Of a stretch of 64,000 nucleotides of DNA, positions 18,314 through 27,263 are shown piece after piece (position 1 is the stretch's first letter; each line of letters opens with the position of its first letter). Where the stretch lies: the NCBI GenBank assembly GCA_964649715.1, contig CAZYTH010000006.1:6341-70340 (forward strand), given 5' to 3'. This DNA is from an uncultured Candidatus Saccharibacteria bacterium (GTDB taxonomy: Bacteria > Patescibacteriota > Minisyncoccia > Phycocordibacterales > UBA12445). Under the pieces are notes generated by a model. The model was not told the DNA's origin, made no database searches, and was given only the letters and a program-made list of their open reading frames with translations. The position numbers and the translations under genes were made by a program.

Positions 18314-19891
18314 ATGTCAAATCTCACAAAAAAACAAAAACAAGTCTTTGACTTTGTAAATAATTATATTTCCGAAAACGGCATATCTCCGACCATTGAG
18401 GAGATACGAAAAAAACTAAAACTCAAAGCCGTTTCCACAATTCATGAACATATCAATTCCCTCAAAGCAAAGGGGTATCTTTCAAAGTCTGAAAATTCGG
18501 CTAGAAGTCTATTACTGAGAAAAGAAATCAAATCTATCATAGAAATTCCGATTTTAGGTAGAATCGCTGCGGGATATCCCATAGAAGCAATAGAAAATAT
18601 AGAGGATACTATCTCCATAGTTAATCCGAGCATTAAAACATCAGAAGGATATTATGCCTTGCGTGTAGTAGGAGAAAGTATGATTGATGAAGGAATTTTT
18701 GACGGAGATATTGTTGTAATAAAAAAGCAGTCTGTTGCAGAGAATGGGCAGACGGTTGTTGCTATTATTGATGACAACGAAGCAACACTCAAAAAATTAT
18801 ACCGAGAGAAAACACGGTACCGACTTGAACCAAGAAATCAAAATCTACTTCCTCTTTATCGCAAAGAGGTTGAGGTAAGAGGTGTTGTTGTTCAAATTAT
18901 AAGCAATATAGCAGACAGGCCAGAAAAAATATTCTCAAAAAAGACAAAACACGGATTTAAGACAATTGATCTTTTTGCTGGGGTTGGTGGAATACGATTA
19001 GGTTTTGAAAATGCCGGATTTAAAACAGTTTTCGCAAATGATTTTGAGCCTCAATGTAAAGATACCTATGATCTAAACTTTAGAGATTCGAAATTGGTTG
19101 TTGAGGATATTAGAAAGATTGGGATTGATGATTTACCTAAATTTGATTTTCTTCTGGGCGGTTTCCCTTGCCAGGCTTTTTCTATCGCAGGATATAGACA
19201 AGGATTTGATGACGAGAAAGGTAGAGGAAATTTATTTTTTGATATTGCAAGGATTCTTGACGCACGAAAGCCCGAAGGCTTTCTGCTTGAGAATGTAAAA
19301 AACTTAAAAAGTCACGATGGGGGTAAGACTTTCAGAATTATTCAAGAGACACTAGAAAATCTTGGCTATTATTTGAAAACAAAAGTTTTAAACAGTATGG
19401 AATACGGTAATATTCCACAAAACAGAGAACGAGTTTATGTGGTTGGTTTTAGAAATAAAGACTACTCCGATAAGTTTGAGTTTCCTAACCCAGTAAAATT
19501 AACTGTGAAAATTACTGACTTACTAGAGAAAAATGTACCCGATAAATACTACTACAACGGCAAGCCGTTGTTTGAAAAACTGAAAGATTTTATAAAAGAA
19601 GAAGGAAAAGTTTATCAATGGCGTAGGCAATATGTCCGAGAAAATAAGAGTGGTGTTTGTCCAACATTAACGGCAAATATGGGGACAGGTGGACACAATG
19701 TGCCAATTATTAAAGACAAGAAAGGTATCAGGAAATTAACTCCGCTAGAATGTGCTCGTATTCAAGGTTTTCCTACTGATTACAAAATACCAAAACTAGC
19801 CGATTCTGCTTTATATAAACAATTTGGAAATTCTGTCAGTGTTCCAGTTATTGAGGCTGTGGGAAGACAAATGATGAAAGCGATGGAATAA
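18314..19891 (+). CDS. Fusion protein: full-length LexA repressor (wHTH plus S24 peptidase) fused to a DNA (cytosine-5)-methyltransferase
   Basis: The N-terminal ~195 aa align throughout to E. coli LexA: 'KKQKQVFDFV..ISENGISPTIEEI' HTH, 'IPILGRIAAGYPIEA' Ala-Gly cleavage site, 'LRVVGESMIDEGIFDGD' Ser nucleophile, 'ATLKKL' Lys. The C-terminal ~320 aa carry C5-MTase motifs: I 'DLFAGVGGIRLGF', IV 'GGFPCQAFSIAGYRQG', VI 'ENVKNL', X 'QFGNSVSVPVIEAV'. Confidence 0.85.
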   Translation: MSNLTKKQKQVFDFVNNYISENGISPTIEEIRKKLKLKAVSTIHEHINSLKAKGYLSKSENSARSLLLRKEIKSIIEIPILGRIAAGYPIEAIENIEDTISIVNPSIKTSEGYYALRVVGESMIDEGIFDGDIVVIKKQSVAENGQTVVAIIDDNEATLKKLYREKTRYRLEPRNQNLLPLYRKEVEVRGVVVQIISNIADRPEKIFSKKTKHGFKTIDLFAGVGGIRLGFENAGFKTVFANDFEPQCKDTYDLNFRDSKLVVEDIRKIGIDDLPKFDFLLGGFPCQAFSIAGYRQGFDDEKGRGNLFFDIARILDARKPEGFLLENVKNLKSHDGGKTFRIIQETLENLGYYLKTKVLNSMEYGNIPQNRERVYVVGFRNKDYSDKFEFPNPVKLTVKITDLLEKNVPDKYYYNGKPLFEKLKDFIKEEGKVYQWRRQYVRENKSGVCPTLTANMGTGGHNVPIIKDKKGIRKLTPLECARIQGFPTDYKIPKLADSALYKQFGNSVSVPVIEAVGRQMMKAME

Positions 19892-19895
19892 ATAA

Positions 19896-20759
19896 TTATT
19901 CCATAAATTCAACAGCAATATTTTTGAGATCTTCAATGCGTGTCTTGAGATATTCTACACCAACATTTTCTTCTCTTAAATTAACATGTTTTGCAATAAA
20001 TGAAGTTGTTATCTTAAGCGCCGAGTTATTATCAATCCATTTTTTAGGGTGTAGTCGTAATTCAAGTCTTTTCTTGGCTTTATAGATTTTTGTATTTCCA
20101 TATTCATTATCAATAAAATCATCTAGAAAAACAGATTTATTAGTAGTTCTTTTTTTGTTAACCCTAACATTATTTAAGTTTTTTAAATTAAGCACTGCAC
20201 CTGTGAAATAGAAATCGGCACCCTCTATTTGAGTACCGGGTCTCAGTATAAAAAAGTAATATATCTTTTTTATCTTATAGGTCTTGTTTAATGATTCATA
20301 TTTTTCACTATAAAGTTTTATCCAACTATTCTTTATCTCTACATATTTTCCGTTTGCAAACATTGCATCCAAATGAATGCCTGGTCCTTCAAATTTTTGA
20401 CCCAGAGAAGCCTCTCCACTATCACTATTTGATACCTGTCCAGAGTTATTTAATTTAATATTGAGCATTTTGATATCAGCTCCCCATTTATCACGTTCAT
20501 TATATATATCAATTGGATAAGAACCAGCACCAACAGGCTTAACATCAAGTGATTGAGTAAACCACTGCTCTATATGCTCTTTTGGAATTTGAATAGGCAA
20601 TTGTCTTTGTCCAATTTTAGGCTCAGGTTGAGCAAATAATGACTTAATAATAAAATACTTAATTATATTTTTTGATTTATCATCTAGAAAATCCAATAAC
20701 TCCTTGCTGGACAAAGGATTAATTACATATTTATTATATTTTGGAGATACTTTTTTCAT
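19896..20759 (-). CDS. Putative restriction endonuclease (PD-(D/E)xK candidate) converging on the methyltransferase
   Basis: 287 aa, tail-to-tail with a 4-bp gap to the MTase. 'GIHLDAMFANGKYVEIKNSW' fits D-x10-E-x-K. No other recognisable family. Confidence 0.4.
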   Translation of the reverse strand: MKKVSPKYNKYVINPLSSKELLDFLDDKSKNIIKYFIIKSLFAQPEPKIGQRQLPIQIPKEHIEQWFTQSLDVKPVGAGSYPIDIYNERDKWGADIKMLNIKLNNSGQVSNSDSGEASLGQKFEGPGIHLDAMFANGKYVEIKNSWIKLYSEKYESLNKTYKIKKIYYFFILRPGTQIEGADFYFTGAVLNLKNLNNVRVNKKRTTNKSVFLDDFIDNEYGNTKIYKAKKRLELRLHPKKWIDNNSALKITTSFIAKHVNLREENVGVEYLKTRIEDLKNIAVEFME

Positions 20760-20784
20760 AAAGTATGTCTAATTATGACACAAT

Positions 20785-21085
20785 TCTCAATTTTGGCGGT
20801 GTTTTTTGGACGAAGTTCGAACGTTACACGTTCGGTAGAGGTTTCCCATCCGCCTCGGGCGGACAAGGGAGAACCTTTTCTCATCCCTCACAGAAGCCAC
20901 GCAGTTGGCTTCTGATTCCGATTTCCAATTTTGGCGGAGAGGGAGGGATTCGAACATTACATGTTCAGTACACCTTTTGGATCTTTTGTTTCGCTTCGCT
21001 CACAAAATATGCTCAAAAGGTTTTCGAACCCTCCCCGCAATGCATTTGGTATGCATTGCTTCTCCTATGCTCAAAAACTTCGTTT
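20785..21085 (+). repeat. Cluster of degenerate tRNA-Ser 3'-end fragments (att-site-like scars)
   Basis: 'CAATTTTGGCGG' occurs at 20785 and 20928. 20931-20954 'TGGCGGAGAGGGAGGGATTCGAAC' is identical to the 3' end of tRNA-Ser at 21927. After a ~68-bp interruption, 'TTCGAACCCTCCCCGCAATGCATTTGGTATGCATTGC' gives a T-arm plus variable-arm-like hairpin. 'ATGCTCAAAA' is repeated twice. Confidence 0.5.
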
Positions 21086-21328
21086 TTATCGCTACAGTGG
21101 TGATTGGCGGAACTTTGAACCAGTCGGTAGGGTGAGTTTCGCCAAACTTGATAAAAGTATACAGAAATTGAGGATAATTTACAGAGAAAAGCCCGAATGG
21201 TTTGAAATTCCTGATTTTACTCAAAAAACCTACTAAACATCAAAATGTTTGATGGAACTACTAATTTTTCGAACTTCCATCGCACAAAGTGATTTACGAC
21301 TATAATCCGCTACAATCGGCCACATGCA

Positions 21329-21829
21329 TTATAGCTGTATTTTTCTAAGTCCCTCAGCTAGCTTTTGAAGTTTTTCGGGATCAGCCTTTGGGCCACTCCC
21401 AGAAGAAATCCATCCTTCATATTTTTCAAACCAAAATTGTTTTCCAGATAGAAATTGTTGCCACTCCCCACGTTTTAAATTCTCAGTACCATGCAGTGGC
21501 ACAAGTTTTATGTGGGCGTGATCAATACCGGTTCCCTCCATCATTAAACCCACCCGACCAGCATCATCAAAATACTTCTCAAGAATCTGAGCCACTGTTT
21601 TTGAAGCAAGAATAAATTGCTGTAAAATATCATCTGGCATTTTTAGTACATCGCTTCCAAAATGTTTCTTTGGAATTACGCATGAGAAACCTTCGGAGTT
21701 TGGATCAATCGCCAGAAACGCCATAAACTTATCATTCTCCCAAAATATTCCCGGCGTCTTTAATCTACCTTCTGCAATTTCACAGAATGGACATTTGTTG
21801 TCTTTAGTTTTTGCTTCGTATGTTGCCAT
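21329..21829 (-). CDS. HIT (histidine triad) family hydrolase
   Basis: N-terminal 'CPFCEI', and a histidine triad 'GIDHAHIKLVPLHG'. Confidence 0.8.
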   Translation of the reverse strand: MATYEAKTKDNKCPFCEIAEGRLKTPGIFWENDKFMAFLAIDPNSEGFSCVIPKKHFGSDVLKMPDDILQQFILASKTVAQILEKYFDDAGRVGLMMEGTGIDHAHIKLVPLHGTENLKRGEWQQFLSGKQFWFEKYEGWISSGSGPKADPEKLQKLAEGLRKIQL

Positions 21830-21926
21830 AAGTTCGAATCCCTTTAGGGTTCACTCATTTTATCATTTTCTAGTCTTGAAATGTAGCGCAAAATAAGGAT
21901 ATTTCATCGCTATTTTTAAAAACCAC

Positions 21927-22016
21927 TGGCGGAGAGGGAGGGATTCGAACCCTCGGACCCCGTTAAGGGTCAGCACATTAGCAGTGTGCTGCTTTCGACC
22001 GCTCAGCCACCTCTCC
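21927..22016 (-). tRNA. tRNA-Ser (anticodon GCT), long variable arm, CCA encoded
   Basis: Reverse complement reads GGAGAGGTGGCTGAGCGG...anticodon loop CTGCTAA...long variable arm...GGTTCGAATCCCTCCCTCTCCGCCA. Confidence 0.85.
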
Positions 22017-22168
22017 ATATTATTTTATTTTAATCCCTCTAAAATTGTGGGATTCAGTTACAAACTTTTTAAGAGTATAGACTAAACTGATAACAATAAC
22101 AAGATATTTGATTTATTCTATATATATGTTATAATTAAAAAAGATTTAAAATTTAATTAACGGAGGTT

Positions 22169-22468
22169 GTGTCAATGGTTGTGCCAATCAAAAACGTTTC
22201 TGAGAAATTGCCTCGCGTTAGATTGGAAGCTTACTTTATCGTTGGTGGAACGTTTCTGAAAAAGGAGATAATGATAAATCGCCCAAATATATCAAGGCAA
22301 AATATCCTGGCGTGCCTAGAAGAAGAAAGTCAGAATATTCAACTTGACATGGAGATTGAAACTGATCAGGTGGTTCCTGTCTCCTACACAAAGGCCGTTA
22401 TTATGGAGGCCTTTCTAAGTCCGGACCTTCGGGCGGGTGATGAGGTTTTTAATCAAATCGTTAATTGA
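22169..22468 (+). CDS. Hypothetical protein
   Basis: 99-aa ORF with a GGAGG RBS. Followed by hairpin GGGGCAGGtgaaaaaCCTGTCCC (22484-22508). Confidence 0.35.
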   Translation: MSMVVPIKNVSEKLPRVRLEAYFIVGGTFLKKEIMINRPNISRQNILACLEEESQNIQLDMEIETDQVVPVSYTKAVIMEAFLSPDLRAGDEVFNQIVN

Positions 22469-22546
22469 ACAGAAGGGGTGTCGGGGCAGGTGAAAAACCT
22501 GTCCCTTTTGTGTTATAATTTTCCAATTATTAGTTTATTTTAGAAA

Positions 22547-23530
22547 ATGCTTTTATATATATATTTGATAGTTGGTTTCTTTCTTTTAATAAAAGGTGCA
22601 GATCTTCTTGTGGACGGAGCTTCTTCCCTTGCTAGAAGATTTGGTATTTCTCCACTTGTGGTTGGTTTAACTATTGTGTCTTTTGGAACATCTGCTCCAG
22701 AGCTTATTGTAAATCTCGTTGCTAGCGTTAATGGCAATGGAGACATTGCGATTGGAAACGTTATTGGAAGTAATACGGCTAACATACTTCTTATCCTTGG
22801 TTGCTCTTCCGTTGTTTATCCTTTAGCCGTTAAGTTTAGTACTGTATGGAAAGAAATACCGTTGGCGCTTCTGGCTTCTCTTCTTGTTGGTGTTATGGCA
22901 AGCGATGCACTTCTAAATTCCCCAGTTGTCTCTTCTTTGAATGGCGATATTTTTTCGGGTCTCTCTAGGATAGATGGGGTTGTTTTTCTCTCTTTCTTTA
23001 TCATCTTTATGTATTACACATTTGGTATCAGTAAAACAGAGGCGTCAGACGACGAGGAGACTACACAGGAAATATATCCCACTAAAACTAGCTTGTTTAT
23101 GATAGTGGCTGGTCTCTTTGCTCTTGTTTTGGGTGGAGATTGGGTAGTGGGCGGTGCCACAGATATTGCTAGAGATTTTGGAATAAGTGAGGCTCTTATT
23201 GGTTTGACGATGGTTGCGCTTGGTACATCTCTACCCGAGCTCGCGACTTCGGTTGTCGCTGCTTACAAAAAAGATGTTGATATTGCGGTAGGAAATGTTG
23301 TCGGATCAAATATATTCAACGTCTTTCTTGTCTTGGGAACAAGCTCTCTGGTGTCTCCTCTTAGATTTTCAGATGCGCTTCTTTGGGATACCGTCTTTTC
23401 TATGTTTGCGACACTCCTCTTGTTTTCTTTTATTTTTATAGGGAAGAAAGGGGTTATTGAGAGGAGGCAGGGCGTATTTTTTGTTTTAATATACTTTTTA
23501 TATATTGCAATCCTGTTTGTTCGAGGTTAG
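22547..23530 (+). CDS. Ca2+/Na+ antiporter (CaCA family, YrbG-like)
   Basis: Two alpha-repeat signatures, 'GTSAPEL' and 'GTSLPEL'. About 10 TM segments. 327 aa. Confidence 0.8.
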   Translation: MLLYIYLIVGFFLLIKGADLLVDGASSLARRFGISPLVVGLTIVSFGTSAPELIVNLVASVNGNGDIAIGNVIGSNTANILLILGCSSVVYPLAVKFSTVWKEIPLALLASLLVGVMASDALLNSPVVSSLNGDIFSGLSRIDGVVFLSFFIIFMYYTFGISKTEASDDEETTQEIYPTKTSLFMIVAGLFALVLGGDWVVGGATDIARDFGISEALIGLTMVALGTSLPELATSVVAAYKKDVDIAVGNVVGSNIFNVFLVLGTSSLVSPLRFSDALLWDTVFSMFATLLLFSFIFIGKKGVIERRQGVFFVLIYFLYIAILFVRG

Positions 23531-23536
23531 ACAAAT

Positions 23537-24223
23537 TTAGTGTGCCAAAGATAAAGCAAGAACCCTTTTTGCCCCTTCTTTTTTGAGAGTTTTTCTGCAT
23601 TCTTCAATTGTGGCACCTGTTGTAATGACATCGTCTATAAGAATAATAGTTTTTCCAAAAATATTTTGCGGTTCGTTCACACAAAAGGCATCATTTAGGT
23701 TTTTCAATCTTTTTTCTCTATTCATCACACTTACCTGACTATCAGTTTCTTTTATTCTTTTTAAAGCATTGCTTTTAAGGCAAAAATTATCTTCTCCACA
23801 AAGACTAAAGAAGGAAACAGCAATCTCCTCTGACTGATTGAACCCTCTTTTTGCTAGTTTCTTGTCGTGTATCGGTACTGGAATTATTATTATTTTTTGG
23901 TTTTCAATATCATTTTCCATTAGTTCCTCTATGGAAATTTCTTCTAAGACTGTGTCATAGAGGTATCTTCCGAGCATTTCCGCCAGATTTTTCCTTCCCT
24001 TGTATTTTAAAGAATGAATTATATCTTTTGTGAGTTTGTTTTTGTAAGAAAAAACAGCAAAATTATCATTTCCTACATATTCTGTGCATCTCGGTAAAGA
24101 TGTTATGCAATTTTCGCACAAAATTTCACCTTCTTTCTTGCACCCGATACATTTTTGGGGAAGAAGTATATCAAGTACCGCATTTATAAATTTTTTGAAC
24201 ATTATTTTTGTAAACAACCACAA
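23537..24223 (-). CDS. comFC: ComF family (ComFC) phosphoribosyltransferase-like competence protein
   Basis: N-terminal 4-Cys zinc-finger 'CIGCKKEGEILCENC' and a C-terminal PRTase motif 'ILIDDVITTGATIEE'. Confidence 0.75.
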   Translation of the reverse strand: MWLFTKIMFKKFINAVLDILLPQKCIGCKKEGEILCENCITSLPRCTEYVGNDNFAVFSYKNKLTKDIIHSLKYKGRKNLAEMLGRYLYDTVLEEISIEELMENDIENQKIIIIPVPIHDKKLAKRGFNQSEEIAVSFFSLCGEDNFCLKSNALKRIKETDSQVSVMNREKRLKNLNDAFCVNEPQNIFGKTIILIDDVITTGATIEECRKTLKKEGAKRVLALSLAH

Positions 24224-24380
24224 ATATAGAGATTAAAAGAATCATTCATCTCAGTAAAATAGCAAAAGGAGGGGCAAAGAAGGTTCATATTTTTTGGGTG
24301 TGGATAAGTTCCCAACATTTTATTTTATTTTTATTATCAAGATATGCTATAATAACTAATGAAGACTGTCTATTAAGAAA

Positions 24381-25499
24381 ATGAATATAAACAATTTTTT
24401 AAAAAATATCGGAATTGGAAAACAAAACAGTGTCGTTGGAGTGGACATCGGTTCTTCGTCTATTAAAGTCGTTCAATTAAAAAAAGAAAAGGGCATTGCC
24501 AAGCTAGAGACTTATGGAGAGATTGCGTTGGGTCCTTTTGGCGGAATGGCAGTCGGACAAGCGGTCTCCCTCCCTCCTGAAAAGTTGACCGAAGCGATAA
24601 AACAAGTTTTTAAAGAAGTGAATATCACTGCAACAGACGCTGTTTTTTCAGTACCCCTGCGTTCAAGTTTATTGAAATTGGTTGGGATACCCAAAGTAGA
24701 TAATGCCAGTATGGAACAAGTTATTCAGCTTGAGGCCAGAAAATACATTCCTGTTCCGATAAACGAAGTTATGCTTGATTGGATGATCATTCCGCCTCGA
24801 GAGTTTGAAACTCCTGGCGTGGCAACAGAAAAGATAGATGACGGTGACTTAAAAAAGGTTGAGAAAACTGAAGTCATTATCGTTGCGATACACAAGGCAA
24901 TAATTTCCGCTTACGATGAAATAATAAAAAAGGTTGGACTGTCAGCACAGCCTCTTGAGATTGAAACTTTCAGTGCTTCAAGGGCAGTTGTTGGAAATGA
25001 GATAAGTGCTTTGGCCATATTGGATATTGGTGCATCAACAACGAGGCTTTTGGTTTTGGATTATGGCATTGCTCGTTTATCAAGCGTTATAAATAAGGGT
25101 TCCCAAGACATTACTATTGCTCTTGAGAAATCTCTCGGACTTACTTTCGCAGAAGCAGAAGATGCAAAGAGGCGACTTGGTGCTATTGGGGCTACCGAGG
25201 GAGGCGACTTGCATACAGTTGTAAACCCTACACTTGAATACATCTTTTACGAAACGCAAAAGATGTTATTAAACTATCAGAAAAAATATTCTAGACCGAT
25301 ATCAAAAGTGATTTTAACAGGAGGTGGTTCTCTGCTTAAGGGTATTGTCGGGATAGCTAAAGAAAATCTAGAGATTGAAGTTGAATTGGGAAATGCTTTC
25401 AAAAAGATACAAGTTCCTGCGATTATGGAAAAAATACTTGCCGACAATGGTTCAGGTTTTGCGATTGCCACAGGTCTAGCCCTAAGAGGTCTTCAATAA
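24381..25499 (+). CDS. pilM: Type IV pilus assembly protein PilM (actin-like ATPase)
   Basis: 'VVGVDIGSSSIKVVQLKKEKG' phosphate-1 motif. 372 aa. First gene of the pilMNO...BTC cluster. Confidence 0.8.
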   Translation: MNINNFLKNIGIGKQNSVVGVDIGSSSIKVVQLKKEKGIAKLETYGEIALGPFGGMAVGQAVSLPPEKLTEAIKQVFKEVNITATDAVFSVPLRSSLLKLVGIPKVDNASMEQVIQLEARKYIPVPINEVMLDWMIIPPREFETPGVATEKIDDGDLKKVEKTEVIIVAIHKAIISAYDEIIKKVGLSAQPLEIETFSASRAVVGNEISALAILDIGASTTRLLVLDYGIARLSSVINKGSQDITIALEKSLGLTFAEAEDAKRRLGAIGATEGGDLHTVVNPTLEYIFYETQKMLLNYQKKYSRPISKVILTGGGSLLKGIVGIAKENLEIEVELGNAFKKIQVPAIMEKILADNGSGFAIATGLALRGLQ

Positions 25500-25544
25500 A
25501 ATTTAAAATAGTTATTAAAAATTTAGGAATATTAATATTAAATT

Positions 25545-26180
25545 ATGATAGGAGATATACAAAGAGGAGGTATTCAGACTTCTTTCATTCCAAAGAAGCC
25601 ACTCACTTCATATGGGGGTGGGGAGAAAACTGGAATAATGGGTATTATAAATTTCATAGCGATTATCATTTTTGTTATCGCCTTGTCTGTATATGGCGGT
25701 GGTTATGCTTATAAGACGTTTTTGAAAGGTCAGATAGCAAGCGTTAGTGAACAGATAGAAAAAGTCAAAAAAGATTTGGAAAATAAAGATACTTTAATGA
25801 AAGAGATGATTCGATTTGATACAAAACTCATTACCGCTAGAGAACTTTTAGACAAACATATTTCGCTAAGAAGAGTTTTTGAGGTTTTGGAGCAAGATAC
25901 GATGCAAAATCTTCGCTATAATGATTTTAATTACACAAACAAGAACAACGAAAAGATTGAACTCAAAATGAGCGGAGAAGCTTCTGGATATTCCACAATA
26001 GCATGGCAGGCCCAAAAGTTTTATGAATCAAAGAAGACGGGAGATAGGGATTTTACAGATGTTGTGTTTTCTGGTTTGAATCCTGGAGTAACAGGCAGTG
26101 TCGTGTTTCAAATGGTCGCCACAGTAAGACCCGATCTTATTCTTTATTCAAATTTAGATAATATTTTAGGAGGTTACTAA
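25545..26180 (+). CDS. PilN-like pilus assembly protein (single N-terminal TM)
   Basis: 211 aa. A single TM helix after a short cytoplasmic N-terminus that could bind PilM. Placed immediately after pilM. No diagnostic motif. Confidence 0.45.
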   Translation: MIGDIQRGGIQTSFIPKKPLTSYGGGEKTGIMGIINFIAIIIFVIALSVYGGGYAYKTFLKGQIASVSEQIEKVKKDLENKDTLMKEMIRFDTKLITARELLDKHISLRRVFEVLEQDTMQNLRYNDFNYTNKNNEKIELKMSGEASGYSTIAWQAQKFYESKKTGDRDFTDVVFSGLNPGVTGSVVFQMVATVRPDLILYSNLDNILGGY

Positions 26181-26204
26181 TTTTAATAAATTTGTTGGAA
26201 TAAA

Positions 26205-26747
26205 ATGAAAAATCTAATATCAATTATTTTCTTTTCTATCGCACTCTTTCTTTCGGTGGTATATACGCGACCTCTTTTCGCTGAAATAGATATCCTCAGC
26301 GAAGAAAAAGCATCACTAAATAAATCTCTTGAGGAGAGTAAAGGCTTGCGAACAGTAATGGCAGAAAAGGAAAGTTTTTACAACAGCCTTGATACAGAAA
26401 TGAGGGATAAACTAAACAAACTTCTCCCTGATAGCAATGATAACGTAAAACTTATCATCGATATGGACAACATTGCATCAACACACGGTCTTAAAATAAG
26501 AAACATAGATATAAAAGTAAGCAGACAAGGAGACACGAGCATTGAAGATGCTGGTAAAGCTTATGGTACTGCAACCTTTCGATTTTCTGTTTCCGCGACT
26601 TACGACAGCTTTAAATTTTTCATGAAAGATCTTGAAGATAGCTTAAGGATAGTTGATATTACTTCACTTTCATTCAGCTCGGGTGATAAAGATATAAACG
26701 AATACAATGTAGAACTAAAGACTTATTGGCTAAAAGATACGATATAG
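26205..26747 (+). CDS. PilO-like pilus assembly protein
   Basis: 180 aa. N-terminal TM, then a coiled coil followed by an alpha/beta region. Synteny after the pilN-like gene. Confidence 0.4.
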   Translation: MKNLISIIFFSIALFLSVVYTRPLFAEIDILSEEKASLNKSLEESKGLRTVMAEKESFYNSLDTEMRDKLNKLLPDSNDNVKLIIDMDNIASTHGLKIRNIDIKVSRQGDTSIEDAGKAYGTATFRFSVSATYDSFKFFMKDLEDSLRIVDITSLSFSSGDKDINEYNVELKTYWLKDTI

Positions 26748-26799
26748 ATATTTTGTTAGTTAATTTTTTATTTAAAAATTAAGGAAAGTAAACATATAT

Positions 26800-27228
26800 A
26801 TGGAATCATCAAAAAACACTAATATTTTTATCGGAATATTTGTAGTTGTTGTTATTGTGGTTGTGTTCATCGCTGTCTCGGGGGGTAGCAGTGGAACAGT
26901 TTCCAGTGGTCTTGTCGTTGGTTCGTCTGGGAGTTCTTCTGCAACTGTTTCCGCATTCTTAAGAAAAGTTTCCGCGATTCGTTCTGTCAAATTTGATACT
27001 GCTGTTTTTGAACATCCTGTTTTAAAACTTGGATTAAAAGATCAAAGCAAGCCATTGTTTGAAGAGGGTAGCGGAAGAACAAATCCTTTTTCTCCGTTTA
27101 GCGGACAACGAGTCGTTGTTAGAACATCTTCAAGCTCAGTTGGAGACAGTCAGTCATCACAATCATCGCAGGACATCATTGAGGCCTTGGTAGAAACCCC
27201 AAAGCCAACAAAAATTTTGTCGGATTAA
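26800..27228 (+). CDS. Membrane-anchored Ser/Gly-rich protein (possible PilP-like)
   Basis: 142 aa. TM helix, then a GGSSGTVSSG low-complexity linker. Sits within the pilus operon. Confidence 0.3.
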   Translation: MESSKNTNIFIGIFVVVVIVVVFIAVSGGSSGTVSSGLVVGSSGSSSATVSAFLRKVSAIRSVKFDTAVFEHPVLKLGLKDQSKPLFEEGSGRTNPFSPFSGQRVVVRTSSSSVGDSQSSQSSQDIIEALVETPKPTKILSD

Positions 27229-27263
27229 TAAAATTTTTCAAAATAATTTTAAAAAGATAAAAA

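Noticed and set aside
19896-20759. Vsr (very-short-patch repair endonuclease) identity for the gene next to the Dcm-like methyltransferase
   Set aside because: At 287 aa it is too long, it is convergent rather than overlapping, and it lacks the Vsr 'FVDGCFWH' motif. A D-x10-ExK pattern fits a restriction-type PD-(D/E)xK nuclease better.
20765-21236. Three overlapping plus-strand ORFs (112, 76 and 101 aa) between the nuclease gene and the HIT gene
   Set aside because: The region is made of degenerate tRNA-Ser 3'-end fragment repeats. The ORFs overlap each other in different frames and have Arg/Ser-rich, low-complexity translations typical of reading through tRNA-like GC-rich DNA.
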